Shown in pieces: positions 58,475-64,000 of a DNA stretch of 64,000 nucleotides. Where the stretch lies: NCBI GenBank assembly GCA_963663405.2, contig CAXXSM010000022.1, positions 99,785 to 163,784 on the forward strand, in the 5' to 3' direction. The notes under the pieces are model-generated. The model was not told the origin of the DNA and did no database searches. It saw only the letters and a list, made by a program, of their open reading frames with translations. Origin of the DNA: a bacterium (GTDB lineage Bacteria; Hinthialibacterota; Hinthialibacteria; Hinthialibacterales; Hinthialibacteraceae). Both the position numbers and the translations under genes were made by a program. How positions within the stretch are numbered: position 1 is the stretch's first letter; every line of letters begins with the position of its first letter.

Positions 58475-59482
58475 ATGAATGGACGCGAACGTATCTACGC
58501 CATGATGGAAGGACGACCAGTCGATCACCTGCCGTTTATGCCGATCACAATGCAATTCTCCAGTCATCTCATCGGCCGGAAATTTCGGGATTACGCTACG
58601 GATTACCGGATTCTGGTGGAAGGGCAGCTCGCCCTAGCGGAGAAGTTTGATAGCGACTATATCTCCTGCATTTCTGATCCAGCGCGCGAAACAGCCGATT
58701 GTGGCGGGTCCATCATCTACGCCGAAGACTCGCCTCCCGCCATCGACCATGCGAACGCTCTCCTAGCTGATAAGACCAAACTGGCCCATTTGAAGGTTCC
58801 CGATCCCCTCGGTGGGGGGCGGATGCACGACCGTGTGAAAGCGGCGGCGTTGTTCAAGGAAAAAGTGGGACAAGATAAACTGATAGAAGGCTGGATCGAA
58901 GGCCCCTGCGCTGAAGGCGCCGACCTGCGCGGCATCAATACGATTATGATGGATTTCTATGAAGATCCCGGATTCGTCCGCGATCTCTTCGATTTTGTCT
59001 TGGAGATGGAAATTCAGTTCGCCAAAGCCCAGATTGAAGCCGGATGTGATGAAATCGGCATCGGAGACGCCGCGGCCTCCCTAATCGGCCCTCAGCTCTA
59101 TGAAGAATTCGTCTGGCCAATCGAAAAGAAAATGGTGGACGGCATCCATGAGATGGGCGCGGCCGTGCGGCTGCATATCTGCGGTGACACACGCAAGATT
59201 TTAGACGGTATGGGACGTTTGGGCTGCGAAATCGTCGACTTGGATTATTTATCCCCTGTCGAAGAAGGCCGGAAAGCGATGGGCCCAGATCAAACGCTTC
59301 TCGGCAACATCGATCCTGTCGCGGTCTTGCGCAATGGAACTCCGGAATCCATCACCCTAGCGGTCGCGGAGTGTCACCGGCAGGCCGGTCCCCGCTATAT
59401 CACCGGCGCCGGTTGCGAGGTCACACTCGACACTCCCCACGAGAACTTGCAGGCGATGACGGATTACGCCCAGTCGCACTAA
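58475..59482 (+). CDS. Uroporphyrinogen decarboxylase family (MtaA/CmuA-like methyltransferase)
   Basis: MNGRERI, EGP, LHICG, LLGNIDP, GAGCEV...TPHEN. Confidence 0.88.
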   Translation: MNGRERIYAMMEGRPVDHLPFMPITMQFSSHLIGRKFRDYATDYRILVEGQLALAEKFDSDYISCISDPARETADCGGSIIYAEDSPPAIDHANALLADKTKLAHLKVPDPLGGGRMHDRVKAAALFKEKVGQDKLIEGWIEGPCAEGADLRGINTIMMDFYEDPGFVRDLFDFVLEMEIQFAKAQIEAGCDEIGIGDAAASLIGPQLYEEFVWPIEKKMVDGIHEMGAAVRLHICGDTRKILDGMGRLGCEIVDLDYLSPVEEGRKAMGPDQTLLGNIDPVAVLRNGTPESITLAVAECHRQAGPRYITGAGCEVTLDTPHENLQAMTDYAQSH

Positions 59483-59560
59483 ATTTCGTTCTCTTCTACG
59501 ATCGGAGTGGAAAATCTCAACGCGTTCACTCAAAAAAAACAGATAGAAAAGAGAGTAAAA

Positions 59561-61285
59561 ATGTTAAGACGAGAATTCATAAAAACCAGCGCTGTGGTGA
59601 CGTCCGGCTATCTCGCATCCGCTAAAAGCGCTCCAGCAGGCGCCTCATCCAAACCGGTGGATACACGCCCGAATATTCTTTGGATTACATGCGAGGATCT
59701 GTCTCCCCATTTGGGATGTTATGGCGATAAGACGGTTCCCACACCGAACCTCGATCGTCTCGCTCGTGAGGGCGTTCTCTTCAAAAACGCTTTTGCGACA
59801 ACAGCGGTCTGCGCGCCCAGCCGTCACGCGCTGATGACAGGAATGTATCCCACATCAACGTACGCTTTCCATATGCGCAACCATAACCGGACAGGCGCGT
59901 TACAAGAGATCAAAGATCCCGCGTTGCGTGAATTCGCGGAAAACCGGCCTCTCTATGAAGCGGTTCCACCACCTGATGTCCGCTGCCTGACGGAATATCT
60001 CCGTATGGCCGGATATTATTGTTCGAATAATGTAAAAGAGGATTATCAATTCCACGCGCCGGTAACCGCTTGGGATGAGTCTTCTGATAAAGCGCACTGG
60101 CGTAATCGTCAACCGGGACAACCGTTCTTCGCAGTCTTTAATTTCACGGTGACGCACGAATCCGGGATCTTCGGCGAAGGGCGATCTCCAAAAGTAGTCG
60201 ATCCCAAAGAGGTTCCCGTGCCTCCCTATTACCCAGACACACCCACGGTTCGGAAAGACATTGCGAAATATTACGACAACATCGCCGCATTGGACAAGCA
60301 AGTTGGAGCCCTGATCGGGCAACTCGAAGAAGATGGCCTGCTCGATGAGACGATCATCTTCTTCTATGGCGATCATGGCGATGGTCTGCCTCGAAGCAAG
60401 CGGTGGGTTTACGATTCGGGAACGCGTGTGCCGTTGATCATACGATTTCCGGATAAAAAGAACGCTGGAACTGAGTGTGACCGGCTTGTCAGTTTCGTCG
60501 ATTTTGGGCCGACCAACCTTTCATTGGCGAATGTGAAAGTACCGGATCATGTACATGGCGTTCCCTTCCTGGGCGCCCAGGCGGGGGAACCGCGTGAGTA
60601 CGTCTATTTTCACCGGGATCGCAATGGGGAAAACCGGGAAACGATCCGTGCGATCCGAGACAAGCGATTCCGGTACGTTCGAAATTACAAGCCGAATGAA
60701 CCATATATCAAACCATTGGCCTATCGGGACCGCCAATACATCATGCAGGAACTCAACCAGAAGATTGAGCGAGGTGAATTATCGGAGAATCAATGGCAAT
60801 TCACAGCGCAAGCCAAACCAATGGAAGAGTTCTACGAAATCCAAACCGATCCATTTGAAATCCATAACCTCGCGTCCGAACCTATGTATAGCGCGAAGAT
60901 CGCGGAAATGCGCAAGGCTTTGGACGCTTGGATTGAAGATTGCAATGATCCACTGGACATGCCGGAAGATGAACTCGTGCGCACACGCGTCTATCCGCCG
61001 GATGGACAGCAACCAACGACAGCGCTTCCAACCGTTAAAGTGGTTCCAAGCGCCCAAGGAAAGTTCAAACTAACCATCACATGCGAAACAGAAGGCGCAT
61101 CCATTGGCTATCGCTTGAAAGGGAACAATGGGACGAAACCAACCAGCGATGGAACCAACGAACCTTGGTCAATTTATAGCGGATCTGAAGAAATCCAGCC
61201 TGCGGACACAATCGAAGTGATCGCGCACCGCATCGGTTTCAAACCAAGTGAACGCGTTGTGATTCCACTGAGCAGCGCGAAATAA
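59561..61285 (+). CDS. Tat-exported sulfatase
   Basis: RREFIK; PNILWITCED; CAPSR formylglycine motif; GDHG. Confidence 0.93.
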   Translation: MLRREFIKTSAVVTSGYLASAKSAPAGASSKPVDTRPNILWITCEDLSPHLGCYGDKTVPTPNLDRLAREGVLFKNAFATTAVCAPSRHALMTGMYPTSTYAFHMRNHNRTGALQEIKDPALREFAENRPLYEAVPPPDVRCLTEYLRMAGYYCSNNVKEDYQFHAPVTAWDESSDKAHWRNRQPGQPFFAVFNFTVTHESGIFGEGRSPKVVDPKEVPVPPYYPDTPTVRKDIAKYYDNIAALDKQVGALIGQLEEDGLLDETIIFFYGDHGDGLPRSKRWVYDSGTRVPLIIRFPDKKNAGTECDRLVSFVDFGPTNLSLANVKVPDHVHGVPFLGAQAGEPREYVYFHRDRNGENRETIRAIRDKRFRYVRNYKPNEPYIKPLAYRDRQYIMQELNQKIERGELSENQWQFTAQAKPMEEFYEIQTDPFEIHNLASEPMYSAKIAEMRKALDAWIEDCNDPLDMPEDELVRTRVYPPDGQQPTTALPTVKVVPSAQGKFKLTITCETEGASIGYRLKGNNGTKPTSDGTNEPWSIYSGSEEIQPADTIEVIAHRIGFKPSERVVIPLSSAK

Positions 61286-61383
61286 AAATCCAAATCGAAA
61301 CGCGCTATTCTCCGCTAGAGCGTAACTACCCAAAACGATACAATAAGATCATGTAATTTCTTATATACACATTGATAGAAATT

Positions 61384-61530
61384 TTTTGTCTGAATCCGGA
61401 TGGTCAGGATAATCAGGATATATAGGATAGGTAATATCATAATTATAGTGATCATCGAATGATAAAATTCGTAATCAAAGTTTTTATCCTGGCTATCCTT
61501 TATATCCTGGTTATCCTGATTCAGACAAAA
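61384..61530. repeat. Inverted-repeat element with 9-nt periodic GGAT/ATCC arms
   Basis: TTTTGTCTGAATC then GGAT at 61398/61407/61416/61425; ATCC at 61486/61495/61504/61513 then GATTCAGACAAAA. Confidence 0.8.
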
Positions 61531-61604
61531 GCAGATTCAGATAAGAACTTTAATCTATTGGTTTGCATAACATCAGTGAATGATCAATCCCAAGGAGCCT
61601 TACA

Positions 61605-63571
61605 ATGAAACTACGAATCACTTGCCTGACATTCGCGTTCGTTTGTCTCGCGCTGCAATCGGATGCGGTTAATAAACACTATCCCATCAACCAACCCCCT
61701 TTGCTGCAAACACAATTTATTGCATTGCCACTTGGTTCGGTTAAACCAGCGGGATGGTTGAAAGACCAATTGACCATACAGGCGAATGGGCTCACGGGCC
61801 ACCTCGATGAATTCTGGGCTTCGATATCCGAATCGGCGTGGAAAGGCGGCGGTGGTGAAAGCTGGGAACGCGGCCCCTACTGGCTCGATGGCGCGGTTCC
61901 GTTGGCGTATCTGCTGGACGATGAACGCCTACAAGAAAAAGTGAAGGTCTTTATTGAATGGATTCTCGCAAGTGGGCAAGAGAACGGCTGGTTCGGTCCT
62001 GCGAAGAATACAGACCGGTGGCCTCTCGCGGTCGCCATGAAGGTCCTCATCCAATACCAAGAAGCGACCGGCGATCCCCGCGTGATCCCGCTTCTTGAAA
62101 AGTACTTTCATTTCCTCAAAACCAATCCACCCGACTGGCCCGATAAAGAATGGCGCGGCGTCCGGGCGATGGAAAACCTTGTTACCGCTTATTGGCTTTA
62201 CCGGCGCACGGGGAACAAAGACCTGCTCCAAGTCACCGAGTCAATCCAATCCAACTGCTTCGATTGGATTGATTATTTCAATCATTTTCCCTATCCCACA
62301 AAGGTTTTGAAGGAAGGAATCAAATACGGTCATCCCACTCACGTCGTCAATATCGCGATGGCGATCAAACATCCTGGCGTTTGGTATCAGCAATCCCATG
62401 ACGAGACCGACCGTCAGGCGGTTTTTAACGGTATGGGAAGCCTCGATAAACACCACGGCCAAGTCGCGGGACGATTCGGTGGAGACGAACACCTTTCTGG
62501 ACGAAGCCCGATCCAGGGCACAGAACTATGTGGGATTGTAGAGTACATGTTCTCCCTTGAAAACCTCATCGAGATTCTTGGAGACGTTGCGCTGGCGGAT
62601 CGTCTCGAATCCCTCGCGTATAACGCGAAACCCGGCACATGCACGCCAGACTATTGGGCGCATCAATACGACCAGCAGGCCAACCAAGTTCTATGCACAA
62701 TCGATAAACGTCAATGGAGCACGAACGGCGATCAATCCAACATCTACGGCCTAGAACCAAACTATGGATGCTGCACTGCTAATATGCACCAGGGATGGCC
62801 TAAACTCGTCTCCCATTTATGGATGGCCACGCATGATAACGGGCTGACGGCTGTCGCGTATGGCCCTTGTATCGTGAAAGCCAAGGTCGCGAATGGCGTC
62901 GAAGCGACGATCATGGAAGAAACGGATTATCCCTTTAAAGGAACCATCCGCTTCTCCATCAACGTTCCTAAGCCCGTCACATTCCCCATTTACCTGCGCG
63001 TTCCGGGATGGGCTGATGGCGCGGAGATCAAAGTTAAGGACACAACACTCAAGCCCGGCGCCGGAACGTTCTTCGCAATTGAACGCGAGTGGAAGCCAGT
63101 CGACACGATTGAGCTGACGCTCCCGATGCGTCTCCGCACGGAAACCCGGTACAACAACGCCGTCTCTATCCTGCGCGGCCCGCTTTATTTCTCACTGAAA
63201 ATCGGCGAGCGTTTTGAAAAGGTGAAAAGTTACCACGACACGCTTCCCGTAGCGGATTGGTATGTCTATCCCACCACCCCTTGGAACTATGGGCTAATCA
63301 TAAACCACGAAAATCCGGAACAATTTATCGAGGTTGAAACTCACAAGATCAGCGCTATCCCCTTTTCGAATGAAGAGCCTCCTGTTGTGCTGAAAGTAAA
63401 GGGAAGAGAAATTCTGGAATGGAAACTCGAAATCATTCCGCTACATTCGCTGGAGACACCCCCATCAGCCCCGTAAAATCCAGCGCCGGCGTCACCAGTC
63501 TGGAATTAATCCCTTATGGAAATACCCGCTTGCGGATTACTGAATTTCCTGTCATAAATGAGACAGAATAA
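61605..63571 (+). CDS. GH127-like beta-L-arabinofuranosidase, frameshifted near 63430-63450
   Basis: VKPAGWL, GDEH, TELC, CCTAN, ETDYPF, RGPL. Main ORF stops at 63476, but LIPYGNTRLRITEFP continues in another frame to TAA at 63571. Confidence 0.85.
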
Positions 63572-63573
63572 AA

Positions 63574-63999
63574 TCATTTCGCCTGCATGATACAATCGCG
63601 GGTGAGCACAGCCAGTTCGGGACCATTGGTCCCTGATTCGCGTAGTTCCCGCGCGCCTTTTTCATTCATTAAATCGACAACTTTTTGGGCGAGGTATAAA
63701 TTATCTCGGGAGATCTCAATGAATTTTCGTGGATCATCGCGATAAGGGAATAGATCCAGCCCATACCAACCATCGTAATCAATTTCATCCAAAATATACA
63801 TGACGGAAACGAGGCGGATAAAGTTGACCGTGCCGGGAGGTAGATCCGCGTCGCATTGTTGATCGTTGTCGTTGAAATGGGTGTGATAGAGTTTCTTATA
63901 CCGGCAGATCAAAGCCAATTGATCTTCCAGGTTCTCCGCCGCGATCAGACTGTGGCCGATATCGAGATTGATCCCAAAATTCGGATCGTTGACCTCATT
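63574..63999 (-). CDS. Xylose isomerase-like TIM barrel protein, 5' truncated by window edge
   Basis: Frame is open to the window end: GINLDIGH, HTHFNDN...DADL, YDGWYGLDLFP. Confidence 0.8.
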   Translation of the reverse strand, partial: NEVNDPNFGINLDIGHSLIAAENLEDQLALICRYKKLYHTHFNDNDQQCDADLPPGTVNFIRLVSVMYILDEIDYDGWYGLDLFPYRDDPRKFIEISRDNLYLAQKVVDLMNEKGARELRESGTNGPELAVLTRDCIMQAK

Positions 64000-64000
64000 A

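Overview
Bacterial chromosomal window of moderate GC with about 50 genes and no prophage, transposase, rRNA or CRISPR array. Housekeeping genes are mutS2, uvrC, tmk, glgA, a UppS-type synthase and tRNA-Leu(GAG). They are interspersed with many secreted carbohydrate-active or hydrolytic proteins (GH95 x2, GH127, sulfatase, esterases, DUF1080, ThuA, CBM9, beta-helix proteins) and AT-richer accessory genes (AAA_14/DUF4143 ATPase, ParDE, ABC-ATPase + DUF4276). The gene mix resembles Sumerlaeota / Ca. Hinthialibacterota (OLB16)-like lineages; this is inference only. Main observation: four unrelated, acidic, exported proteins end in the same short motif, [TVS]-[PAG]-[VI]-x-[DN]-W-x-[LI]-x, a candidate C-terminal sorting or anchoring signal. 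Two orphan GspG-like pilins sharing an SNGLxSxGDI motif occur in the same window. Also seen: three families of intergenic palindromic or periodic repeats, a 45-bp triplication of a gene end, a near-consensus sigma-28 promoter on a yjfB-like gene, an operator overlapping the uppS start codon, an internally deleted Tat oxidoreductase, and two frameshifted genes that may be sequencing artefacts. All family calls come from motif recognition by eye, not database searches.
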